From positions 1-64,000 of the forward strand of contig CAZUFC010000014.1 of assembly GCA_964619725.1 (NCBI GenBank): a stretch of 64,000 nt of DNA, written 5' to 3'. The stretch's first letter is position 1. The number at the start of each line of letters is the position of its first letter. This stretch comes from an uncultured bacterium. Its GTDB lineage: Bacteria > CSSED10-310 > CAZUFC01. Under the pieces are notes generated by a model. It was not told where the DNA came from and searched no databases. It saw only the letters and a program-made list of their open reading frames with translations. Shown piece after piece: positions 52,416-61,671 of this stretch. The position numbers and the translations under genes were made by a program.

Positions 52416-53762
52416 TCATATCTTGTAGCCGAGATTCTTCAATGCATCCATCAGCTCGAATTCATCAGGCGGTCGAGGAAGGGAATCGCTGTCGAACAGA
52501 TCGGTTCTTTTTCCGTAAGTGGCCACGGTCGGCTTCTCTTTTTGCCGCAGTATTTCCCCGGAGAAAAGCGAATAAAGGGGCTGTTCGCTCCAGTCTTCCG
52601 CTGTCGGCAGATCGAACAGGGTCATCAGGGTGGGCGCAATTTGTAGAATATTGCCCTGAATTCTTCTTCCCTGACGGAACTGCGGACCCGCGGCGAGAAT
52701 TATGCCCTGAAGATGATGGGTTCCGGGAGTCGGCAGAAGGATAAACGGCATTCTCCATTTCGATGCGTCTATTTTTTTGGAAGCGTTTTCGTTGGCTTCC
52801 AGGGCTTCGAGGTATCCCGGAGTCATCTGGAAGCCGTGGTCCGAGATGATCATGAAGTGAGTCTGAGACTGCGCTGTACTGATAAAAGATTCAAGAAGGG
52901 AATCGGAGTATCTGTAGTAGCGGCTTACTTTTATTTTATCGGGCCAGTATGGATGACTGCAGGCGTCGATGCCCTGGAGATACAAACCGAAAACCTGCGG
53001 CTGGTACTTCTCCAGGACGTATTTCGCATGATTCGCATAGCTTTGGTCCCTGGCATAAAACCAGTCTTCCGGGATGAGCTGCAGGAAATTCATGATCTCT
53101 TCCGGTATATTCGATCCGGTACGGTTGAGAAATTCTATTTCCTGCATTAATTCCGCCGGATACGTCCTGTAAGGCAGACTCTCCCTTTCATCCTGACTCA
53201 ATTCTCTCAACGCCAGCTTCTTCCGGAAAGGCCAGGCCAGGCTGGATACCGTTGTACCCTTGACTCGCTCAGAAGGCCACGATGCCCACCACGCCACGAA
53301 AGAGGAACTCAAATCATACGAATTGAAAATGTTCCACAATGCCGGCACCAGACGCTTATCTCCGGTTATCAGCCGTTTGCGAATCTCGCCGTCCACTATT
53401 ATCTTCTCAGCAAAATCCTCTATCCCATGCCTCTCCGGAGAAACTCCCGTAACAGCAGAAGTCCATATCCGAGGGGACAGCATAGGCTTTATGCTCTCCA
53501 GAGTCCCCCACGCTCCCGCTTCAGACAATCCTGTCAGATTCGGGGTCTTGCCCATTCTCATCAAAGGATGAAGAATGTCCCAGGATGCCCCGTCAAGACC
53601 TATGAAACGTAAGCTGACCGTCGTTGCCTCCGCAGCTTCCTCCTCGCGCAACGACTCGCCCCAATCACACGACGTCCATAAAACGACAAGATACATTGGA
53701 ACCGAAATGTATAATATTAGGCTCCGCTTTACTGAAAAAAGCTTATGCCTGATGCTTTTCAT
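52416..53762 (-). CDS. AlkP-superfamily phosphodiesterase-like protein
   Basis: FIGLDGASW, SPRIWTSAVTG, DACSH, ISDHGF, C-terminal LKNLGY. Confidence 0.88.
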   Translation of the reverse strand: MKSIRHKLFSVKRSLILYISVPMYLVVLWTSCDWGESLREEEAAEATTVSLRFIGLDGASWDILHPLMRMGKTPNLTGLSEAGAWGTLESIKPMLSPRIWTSAVTGVSPERHGIEDFAEKIIVDGEIRKRLITGDKRLVPALWNIFNSYDLSSSFVAWWASWPSERVKGTTVSSLAWPFRKKLALRELSQDERESLPYRTYPAELMQEIEFLNRTGSNIPEEIMNFLQLIPEDWFYARDQSYANHAKYVLEKYQPQVFGLYLQGIDACSHPYWPDKIKVSRYYRYSDSLLESFISTAQSQTHFMIISDHGFQMTPGYLEALEANENASKKIDASKWRMPFILLPTPGTHHLQGIILAAGPQFRQGRRIQGNILQIAPTLMTLFDLPTAEDWSEQPLYSLFSGEILRQKEKPTVATYGKRTDLFDSDSLPRPPDEFELMDALKNLGYKI

Positions 53763-54657
53763 TTATGAAAACTACTTCAAGCTCCTCCAGAACATCAAAA
53801 TAAAATCTTAACTTCCCCAGACGCAGCGTTTCGGAAAAAAATTTGATTACCGCATTCAGTCTGTCTGCCGAAAAATAATGTTCCAGCCTGTTAAGGAAAA
53901 TGTTCAGCGTCAAATATGTCCCGGACGTTCCCATTTTAAGAACCCGAAATCCTTTCTGCTCCAGCATCTTCCTCATCGTGGCGCGTGTAAAATAAAACAG
54001 GTGTTCCGTCGGCTTCAACTGAATCCAGTTTATTCCGAATATCCTGGGTGAAATCGCTTTGGCATCCGGTACCCGGACATAACCGATCCCATCTTTCTTC
54101 AATACACGTCTGACCTTCTCAAGCGCGGCCGAAGGATCAAGCATATGCTCAATCGAATCACCCATGTGCACTACGTCAAATGAATCATCCTCATACGGCG
54201 CTTCCAGAAAGTCCCCTATCTGTATCTCAAATCCCAGATTCTCCTTCACCCAGTCATGCAGAAACGGAGAAACATCAATCCCCGACGGATTCCAACCCCT
54301 GCTCTTCGCCACCTCAAGAAAATCCCCTATGGAACAACCCACATCCAGTATATCTCCCTTCTGAGGATAATATTTCTCCAGCAATTTGAGCCGATGCGCA
54401 AAAGTCTTCTTGTTGGCGTGAGAAGTCAGAAAATAATAATCGAAATATTCTGAATCGTAAATATTGTTGGGATTGGGATCGTTGATGCGAGGATTGACGT
54501 ATATCAACCCGCACTCCTTGCACTCAACAATATTCATGCCGTCCTTGTGGTAATAAATTTTCGTATTATCCGCTTCGCACAAATTACAGCGAATATATTC
54601 CATGTTCTGCCTTGCGGCTGTCGTCTTCTCTTCGTTCTTTATTTCTGTCTGTTTCAA
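53743..54657 (-). CDS. Class I SAM-dependent methyltransferase with N-terminal Zn-binding motif
   Basis: CNLC..CKEC, ILDVGCSIG, IEHMLDP, EHLFYF. Confidence 0.9.
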   Translation of the reverse strand: MKQTEIKNEEKTTAARQNMEYIRCNLCEADNTKIYYHKDGMNIVECKECGLIYVNPRINDPNPNNIYDSEYFDYYFLTSHANKKTFAHRLKLLEKYYPQKGDILDVGCSIGDFLEVAKSRGWNPSGIDVSPFLHDWVKENLGFEIQIGDFLEAPYEDDSFDVVHMGDSIEHMLDPSAALEKVRRVLKKDGIGYVRVPDAKAISPRIFGINWIQLKPTEHLFYFTRATMRKMLEQKGFRVLKMGTSGTYLTLNIFLNRLEHYFSADRLNAVIKFFSETLRLGKLRFYFDVLEELEVVFINEKHQA

Positions 54658-54990
54658 TCCGGGACCTCATTTTCTTGCAAATTAAACTACTGAAATTCCA
54701 GCGCTCCGGCTCTCACCGTCTACAACTTTTTAAATCACTTCACGATGAAAATCAAGAATTACTCGGAAAAAAAAGAATTTTTTCAAAAATTTTACCGATG
54801 GCTTGCAAGAAGGGAAGAATGGGTGGATGGATGGGCGGAAGAAAAGAGCGGCTGATGGAAGAGATGAATTGAGAGAGTTATGGAGCGAATTTCTCATAAA
54901 TTACGGTCATGAGAAACTCCAGATTCCAGCAGAATCAGGCGATCCTGGTTTCGAAGGCAGTATATTTTCAGTTTTAATCTTGAAAATGTG

Positions 54991-55019
54991 TTGACTTCAT
55001 ATTGAATTATGAATAAATT
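54991..55019 (+). promoter_or_regulatory. Sigma70 promoter of the rpmH operon
   Basis: TTGACT, 17 bp, TAAATT. Confidence 0.6.
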
Positions 55020-55077
55020 CTACTCCGGTTGGAATCCGGGTTGAAGCGAAAACCGGCATTGAGGAGGTGAAACCGGA

Positions 55078-55212
55078 ATGAAAAGAACATATCAGCCCAG
55101 TCGAATAAAACGGAAGAGGACGCACGGTTTCCGGGCGAGGATGAAAACTCGCGGAGGAAGGAAAATACTGAACCGGCGCCGTCGGCGGGGCCGGAAAAGA
55201 TTGACGGTTTAA
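55078..55212 (+). CDS. rpmH: 50S ribosomal protein L34 (missing from the ORF track)
   Basis: [54 protein letters not shown]. Confidence 0.98.
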   Translation: MKRTYQPSRIKRKRTHGFRARMKTRGGRKILNRRRRRGRKRLTV

Positions 55213-55247
55213 GACGCACCGGGGAGTGATACCGAACGCGAAGCGAA

Positions 55248-55577
55248 CTGGAGACAATAAAAAAGCGAAGCGATTTCGTCAGAACTTATAAGCAGGGAGG
55301 AAAGTTAAATTCTTCCCTGTGGGTGCTTTTTTATTTGGAGAACGTTGAGGGCAAGCGGAGATTCGGGTTTACGGTATCGAAAAAGATTGGCAAGGCTTGC
55401 GTCAGGAACAAGGTGCGCCGGCGATTAAAAGAGGCAGTAAGATTGATGTTAAAAGAGCATGAAGAGATCGCCGGTTATGATGTGGTGATTGTGGCTAAGC
55501 GCGGATTGAGAGACGTTGCCTTTTCCCGGATATGTACAAAATTGCAGCGGGATTTTTCAAAAATCGGATTGCTATAA
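55248..55577 (+). CDS. rnpA: Ribonuclease P protein component (start uncertain)
   Basis: LETIKKRSDF..RFGFTVSKKIGKACVRNKVRRRLKE; lies between rpmH and yidD. Confidence 0.92.
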   Translation: METIKKRSDFVRTYKQGGKLNSSLWVLFYLENVEGKRRFGFTVSKKIGKACVRNKVRRRLKEAVRLMLKEHEEIAGYDVVIVAKRGLRDVAFSRICTKLQRDFSKIGLL

Positions 55578-55586
55578 AGAGATATT

Positions 55587-55835
55587 TTGAGAAAACTGAT
55601 CATCGGGACAATAAAGATATATAAAAAAGTATTATCGCCTTTAATGCCGAGGGCTTGCCGATTCAGTCCTACGTGCTCGGAATTTTTTATAGAGGCTTTG
55701 GAGGAGCATGGAACGATTCGGGGAAGTTTTTTGGGAATAAAACGGATATTGCGTTGCCATCCTTTGCATCCCGGCGGATACGATCCAGTACCGAAAAAGA
55801 GAATTGTTACGGAAAAATCGAGTATAACAGAATAA
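55587..55835 (+). CDS. yidD: Membrane protein insertion efficiency factor YidD
   Basis: CRFSPTCS, RILRCHP, GGYDPVP. Confidence 0.96.
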   Translation: MRKLIIGTIKIYKKVLSPLMPRACRFSPTCSEFFIEALEEHGTIRGSFLGIKRILRCHPLHPGGYDPVPKKRIVTEKSSITE

Positions 55836-55851
55836 GGAGAGACGATTCCTC

Positions 55852-57624
55852 ATGGAAAAACGTGCGATGTTGACATTTGTTCTTATCATGCTTTTATGGG
55901 TGGGATACTATTATTTTTTTCTAATGCCCCAGCAACAGGAGCTTCAGCGCCGTCAGCAGACGACGGCGGAGGAGCAGACGGGATTGAGGTCTCCGACGGC
56001 GATTCCATTTGCAGAAACCGACGTGGAAGGGATGGTGGAGTATATTCCTCCTGAAGAGGAAGCATCAACCGGCGAAAAGGAAGCTGCTGCTGAAGGCGCA
56101 GAGGAATCGTTCACGGAAGCGGCGCTGTCGGGATATGCTGCCGAGGAACGCATAATAAGAGTGGAAACGAAATATTACAAAGCCGAGATAAGCAATCTCG
56201 GCGGAACGATCAGGAGTTGGTGCCTGAAGGAGTACGGCAACGGATATACAGGAGAAGAATGTTTTGAGATGTTGCCTGAGGATGAGAGTTTAACGGGAGG
56301 TTATCCTCTTCTTGTGACTTTCGACAGTGGGGAATTACAGGAATCCTTCGAGGAGAGGCTTTATCGATTTGATTCAGAAAGGGATATCATTCTGGACGAG
56401 AGGAATCCTGAAGAGCAGATTGAGTTGACTGTCCGTGATTCCAGGGGCAGGCGGTTCATCAAGACCCTGGTTTTTCATTATGATTCCTATCTGGTTGACA
56501 TTTCGACGACGCTTGAAAACGGAGACGACGAACCTGTCGGAGGGCGCTATACGTTAAATATAGGCGGCCCGTTGCGGGCTGAAGGCGAAGAGGAGGCGGC
56601 CACAAGGCGGCGCTCATTCAGCGGACCTATGGCGTATCAGAATGAAGAGCTTCAGAAAATCAAAGTGAGCAAGCTGGACCTGCCGACTCCTTATACAGGC
56701 GATATTCCCTGGGCTGCAGTATCGGATGCTTATTTCTGTTCGGCGCTCATACCTGAAAATCCTTCCAGGAAAATGATCAAGGTTTATCCGGGCGTCGACA
56801 AAGAGAATTACAGGATAGGATACGTGCTCGGTGCGCCGGAGTTGCCGGGACGGAGGAAGACGACCGGCAAATTATCCCTGTATATGGGCCCGAAGGACCT
56901 GGACAGATTGAAGGAGATCGGACATCAATTACACAGGATAGTGGATTTCGGTTTTTTCGGCTTTCTTGCCCGCCCTTTGCTTGATATACTGAAGTTTACC
57001 TACAGATTCACCGGCAATTACGGAGTAAGCATCATTATCCTTACGATACTGATCAAAGTTTTATTTTTTCCTTTGTCCCGCAAGCAGATGCAATCGATGA
57101 GCAAAATGCAGCAATTGCAGCCTGAGATCAACCGTTTGAGGGAAAAATACAAATCCGATCCCAAGCGATTGAACGAGGAAACCATGCGAATGTATAAGGA
57201 GCATAACGTCAATCCTTTAGGAGGATGTTTGCCGGTATTAGTTCAGATTCCGGTATTCTTCGCGCTTTACCAGGTCCTGTTGAATTCCATCGAGCTGAGG
57301 CATGCACCCTTTTTTTTCTGGATTCATGATTTATCGGCGAGAGACCCTTATTACATAACCCCTATTATGATGGGAGCCTCCATGTTCATACAGCAGCACA
57401 TGACCCCGACAACAGGGGCATCAAGCCAGACTCAATTCCTCAAATTCATGCCTCTGATTTTTACTTTCCTTTTCCTGAACTTTCCTACAGGTCTGGTCAT
57501 TTATTGGTTGTCGAACAATCTGCTGACGATCGGACAACAAGTCATAACCATGAAAATTCAAAAAAAGACTCCCGACAAAGCAGCAAAAAGGGGTAACTCG
57601 AAATTAATCCGGCGCCGTGAATAA
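55852..57624 (+). CDS. yidC: Membrane protein insertase YidC
   Basis: LYMGPK, GNYGVSII, NPLGGCLP, GLVIYW. Confidence 0.97.
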   Translation: MEKRAMLTFVLIMLLWVGYYYFFLMPQQQELQRRQQTTAEEQTGLRSPTAIPFAETDVEGMVEYIPPEEEASTGEKEAAAEGAEESFTEAALSGYAAEERIIRVETKYYKAEISNLGGTIRSWCLKEYGNGYTGEECFEMLPEDESLTGGYPLLVTFDSGELQESFEERLYRFDSERDIILDERNPEEQIELTVRDSRGRRFIKTLVFHYDSYLVDISTTLENGDDEPVGGRYTLNIGGPLRAEGEEEAATRRRSFSGPMAYQNEELQKIKVSKLDLPTPYTGDIPWAAVSDAYFCSALIPENPSRKMIKVYPGVDKENYRIGYVLGAPELPGRRKTTGKLSLYMGPKDLDRLKEIGHQLHRIVDFGFFGFLARPLLDILKFTYRFTGNYGVSIIILTILIKVLFFPLSRKQMQSMSKMQQLQPEINRLREKYKSDPKRLNEETMRMYKEHNVNPLGGCLPVLVQIPVFFALYQVLLNSIELRHAPFFFWIHDLSARDPYYITPIMMGASMFIQQHMTPTTGASSQTQFLKFMPLIFTFLFLNFPTGLVIYWLSNNLLTIGQQVITMKIQKKTPDKAAKRGNSKLIRRRE

Positions 57625-57661
57625 ATTTGCCGGCGTCCCCTGCTGGAATGAGGTGATGGGC

Positions 57662-58303
57662 ATGATTGAAATTGAAGAAACGGGCGAAACGCCAGAATCG
57701 GCTTTACAAAAAATCCTGGAAAATGTGAACTTGGATGAAAGAGATGTAAAATATGAAGTCCTGGAAGAAGGCAGAAAAGGACTGCTGGGATTCGGGAAAA
57801 AGGAGGCGCGCGTCAAGGTCAGTTATGAACCGGCTGACCTGGCCCAGAAGGAGGCAAAAAACATATTGCTGACCATTCTCAATAAAATGAACATCCAGGC
57901 CGATGCCGAAGCCTTCGAAAAAGAAGGCAGAATTCATCTCGACATAAAAAGCGAACAGAACAACCGCATCATAGGCAGAAAAGGAAGGACCATCGATGCA
58001 TTGCAGCACATCGTCAATCGAATGGTCAACCGGCGCATCGACGAGAAAATGATCCTCATCATCGATGCTCAGAACTACAGGGAAAGAAAACGGGATAAAT
58101 TAACGTCCATGGCATTGCGCATGGCCGAAGAAGCCAAAAAAAAGAATAAAACGCTGACCTGCCCCCCTTATGCTCCCTTTGACAGGCGCATTATCCACCT
58201 CGCCCTGCAGAAAGACCCCCTTGTTAAAACGGTCAGCAAAGGGGACGGTTACCTGCGAAGAGTATTAATCAGTCCTGCAAAACAGAAAAGAAATCGCCGC
58301 TGA
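57662..58303 (+). CDS. jag: Jag/EloR (KhpB) RNA-binding protein (Jag_N, KH, R3H)
   Basis: KGLLGFGKK, IIGRKGRTIDALQ, DRRIIHLAL; downstream of yidC. Confidence 0.93.
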   Translation: MIEIEETGETPESALQKILENVNLDERDVKYEVLEEGRKGLLGFGKKEARVKVSYEPADLAQKEAKNILLTILNKMNIQADAEAFEKEGRIHLDIKSEQNNRIIGRKGRTIDALQHIVNRMVNRRIDEKMILIIDAQNYRERKRDKLTSMALRMAEEAKKKNKTLTCPPYAPFDRRIIHLALQKDPLVKTVSKGDGYLRRVLISPAKQKRNRR

Positions 58304-58507
58304 TTTGATCGCCGGAGAAAATATGGTCCTTTTCGGAACGAAGCGGTCTGCCCTGTTTCTAGCCCTACTCCTTTGCAGAAGACCGGCGCCGGAAAAGAAG
58401 CCCCATCTTGCATCCTGAACTGATTTCAAAGCGCCCAGCAATACAAACTTGAAAAAAAATCCGTAATATAGTTCAATTATAAGCGGCGTTGACCGGGGGC
58501 GATTAAA

Positions 58508-59803
58508 ATGGAAAAAATCAATTATAATTCGGCTTTGGCAATCCTCATGGGTATTTCCTCCAGAACTGCAGAGTTCCTGGGGATATGGGAGCTTTCGGGC
58601 ATATCGGCTGTGAAATCGGCCCATTACTATTGGGATGCTCATCAATTTGAAAAAGCGGAAAGGCAATTCAAAAAGGCAGTAGAAATATTTAAAAGCAAAA
58701 AACGGAATAAACCTCACCTGCAGGAAAAACCTCTGGATGCCCTGGATGAACTTTACAATATTACGAACAAGCATATGAAACGTTTTCATATTCTGCAGCA
58801 GAAGTTGTCCTACCATCAAAAAACAAATTCCCAACTCGGACAGATAAGGGATTACATCGGGATAGCTCAATGTTTTCACAAACAACATGAATACGACAAG
58901 GCATCTAAATATTACGATAAGGCGCTCGAAACAGCGGAGGAATACTTCGTTTCAGAGGCGCTGATTGATTTGTACATTGAATCGGCGCCAGCGTTTGCCT
59001 CAGCCGGACGTATCGCCAAAAGCGAAAAACTGCTGAAGAAAGCCAGAAAACTGTCCATAAAAATCGACGATCCTGTCCGCATCGCTCTGACAGCTCATCA
59101 GCAGGGACTGATAAAAATGCGCAACAACCAGGTTCAACCTGCCGTGACCTCTTTAAAGGAAGCGATAAAAATATTAAAAAACAAACGGGAATACATCTAT
59201 CTGGGGATGTTCAACGAAGACCTGGCCGGCATTTTTTCAGGGCTGAACGACAAAGGTAATGAAATGCGATATCTGTCGCAGGCCCTGCTGTATTACAGCA
59301 AGAGCGTCAGTTTATCCAAAGCGGTCCAGATCGGTTCCCGCCTGGCCGAATTATATTGCAGCGCCGGCGACGTTTATGAAGGCTTGCTCGTTCTTAATAA
59401 ACTCACCGAAAAATGCAAACTCACGAAACAATATGAACTTTGCAAGGATTTGAAACAAACAGCGGACATGCTGGCGGAAAAATACAAATGTTTCTCCGGA
59501 ACCGATTCTCATCTTTCAGGACTGGCCAGGGAAGCATTTGATTCTCTTGATTTTGAAGAAAAGAAAACGCCGGCGGTAAGAGCGGAAAAATACGTTCAAA
59601 AAACAGCCGCCGGTCAGTTCGTAGGCGCTTCAAAAGCTTCGTCTCACGAAAACCGGAAAAAAAGCGATGCTCAGAAAACCGAAAAAGAACGCAACAAAAA
59701 TGAAAAAGGACCGGAAGTCATTCATATAAAAGAAGAAGATGCGCAAAAAATCCTGAACGAATACGAAAATAAAATAAAGGGCGGGCGCCAGAAGCGAAAA
59801 TGA
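58508..59803 (+). CDS. TPR-like helical repeat protein
   Basis: Repeated A..Y..AL helical patterns; no catalytic motif recognised. Confidence 0.7.
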   Translation: MEKINYNSALAILMGISSRTAEFLGIWELSGISAVKSAHYYWDAHQFEKAERQFKKAVEIFKSKKRNKPHLQEKPLDALDELYNITNKHMKRFHILQQKLSYHQKTNSQLGQIRDYIGIAQCFHKQHEYDKASKYYDKALETAEEYFVSEALIDLYIESAPAFASAGRIAKSEKLLKKARKLSIKIDDPVRIALTAHQQGLIKMRNNQVQPAVTSLKEAIKILKNKREYIYLGMFNEDLAGIFSGLNDKGNEMRYLSQALLYYSKSVSLSKAVQIGSRLAELYCSAGDVYEGLLVLNKLTEKCKLTKQYELCKDLKQTADMLAEKYKCFSGTDSHLSGLAREAFDSLDFEEKKTPAVRAEKYVQKTAAGQFVGASKASSHENRKKSDAQKTEKERNKNEKGPEVIHIKEEDAQKILNEYENKIKGGRQKRK

Positions 59804-60987
59804 TGCCGGAAAAATACAATTCACCGGACCGACCCGGACCGGTACCGGGAATGCCTTCTCGTGTTCAAATGCTGAAAAATATGGCTGTCGGGCTTGCGCC
59901 TCTCATCATATTCGTCATCGTCGATGCCTGGGCGCAAAACGCTTATGATGAAACGACCTCTTTGAAATTAGCGCTGGGTGCGGCATTGATCCTGGGCACG
60001 GCTCAATTCATATATTTTTGGGCGCGCGATGGAAAACCCGAACCTTTCATATTGGCGGACACCGGGCTGCTTCTGGTCATGGGACTGATATCGCTCATTT
60101 TGCAGAAGGACATCTTTTTTAAATTAAAACCCGCCATTATTGAAGCTATCCTGCTCATAATAATCGGCCTGACGGCTTTTTCAACCAGCGATATGTTGTT
60201 GAAAATGACCTCCCGGTATATGAAAGAGGTCCGGTTCAACCAGGCGCAAATCGAATCTATGCGGCGCATGATGCGGACATTCTTCTTTTGTTTGCTGATT
60301 CATACTGCGCTTATCGTCTACGCCGCTTTTTATTTGAGTCGTGAAATGTGGGCGTTTATCAGCGGCGGACTTTTCTATATCTTTATGGGGGTCGCATTGC
60401 TGTATGAATTTATCAAGGCAAGAATTTCTCAGGGCGCTATGAAGAGAAAATACAAATCAGAAGAATGGCTGGATATAGTCGATTCGCAGGGAAAAACCGT
60501 CGGTTCAGCGCCCAGATCAGTATGTCATCAGAATCCGAATTTGATTCATCAGGCCGTGCATTTGCACGTCATTGATTCTCAAGGACGGATATATCTGCAG
60601 AAAAGGTCCCCGAATAAAACCGTACAACCCCGGAAATGGGATACGGCAGTCGGCGGTCATGTAGTCAGGGGCGAATCAATTGAAAACGCGCTCACAAGAG
60701 AAATCAGAGAAGAACTGGGAATGCAGCGCCTGCCTCATGAACCGCTTTTTCGTTACCTTTGGCGCACCGATATTGAATCGGAACTGGTCATCGCTTTTCG
60801 CGGCTTCTCCAACGGTCCCTTTACGCACCCTGAGGCAGAAATAGAAGAGGGAAAATTCTGGTCGGTCGATGAAATAGACGCAAACCTGGATACAGGAATT
60901 TTCACGCCGAACTTTGAACATGAATACAGGGTGATGAAATCCAACGGAATTGTTGCGACTAACGATACGATGAACAATGATGAGTGA
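59800..60987 (+). CDS. YciB/IspZ-like membrane domain fused to a NUDIX (IDI-like) hydrolase
   Basis: FFKLKPAI; LQKRS..K..QPRKWDTAVGGHV; Nudix box GESIENALTREIREELG. Confidence 0.88.
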   Translation: MMPEKYNSPDRPGPVPGMPSRVQMLKNMAVGLAPLIIFVIVDAWAQNAYDETTSLKLALGAALILGTAQFIYFWARDGKPEPFILADTGLLLVMGLISLILQKDIFFKLKPAIIEAILLIIIGLTAFSTSDMLLKMTSRYMKEVRFNQAQIESMRRMMRTFFFCLLIHTALIVYAAFYLSREMWAFISGGLFYIFMGVALLYEFIKARISQGAMKRKYKSEEWLDIVDSQGKTVGSAPRSVCHQNPNLIHQAVHLHVIDSQGRIYLQKRSPNKTVQPRKWDTAVGGHVVRGESIENALTREIREELGMQRLPHEPLFRYLWRTDIESELVIAFRGFSNGPFTHPEAEIEEGKFWSVDEIDANLDTGIFTPNFEHEYRVMKSNGIVATNDTMNNDE

Positions 60988-61073
60988 AAACCGCGGAGCA
61001 AGCTGACGCCTTGTCCTCCTGCAGTCTCGTGACGTCCGTCAATAAAAAGTTTGCGAAGGGCTCTGACCCCATT

Positions 61074-61230
61074 CCGGAATCAAACCGATAATACACTTCT
61101 TTCAAAACTTTTGACAGTTGTTTCAATAATCAGGGTCGGGGTCGGTATCGGTATCGCAATCGAAACAAAATGACGGGAGATTCTGTCAAATTGAAACCTC
61201 AAAAGAAGCATTTTTGAGGAATACCCAAAA
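61074..61230 (+). repeat. Dispersed repeat family A, copy
   Basis: TTTCAAAACTTTTGACAGTTGTTTC..GGGGTCGGTATCGGTATCGCAATCGAAACAAAAT..CTCAAAAGAAGCATTTTTGA. Confidence 0.8.
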
Positions 61231-61671
61231 AACTTTAAAAATGCATTCGTCGTCGTGATCGTTGTCGTTGTCGAATTTAAACATGACGCCATTCAGGCGA
61301 AATTGAATTCAAAAGTCATTTTGCACAGTATTCAGACAACGACGACAATTCATCAGCTAACATATTGAAAAGTAATGCAGCAAAGCTTATCCTAATACGT
61401 ATTCCGCTGGCGGAGGGATTTAGTGGGGGCTAAAAACCGCCCAATTATTATGCCGTGTTGTAATACAAGAAAATCAAAATATTTCAATAAATTGTGACAT
61501 GCTTGTTAAGAGCTCTGAACTTGAAACATCTCCATTACCCGCTGATACCAATGACCGACCAATAGCTATTCTTCCAGTCTTCCACACTGCCGTCTTTCTC
61601 CCCATCCATTCTTCCAGTCCTCCAATCCTTCCATCCCTCTTTTCACTCTCTGTGATCATCATGACCGGCTA

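Noticed and set aside
54658-55077. oriC upstream of rpmH
   Set aside because: No dnaA and no recognisable DnaA-box cluster.
55071-55229. Thermus-style rnpA translation through rpmH
   Set aside because: The rnpA frame is open across rpmH but has no start codon and is closed by TGA at 55068 and 55227; TGA is a normal stop elsewhere in the window.
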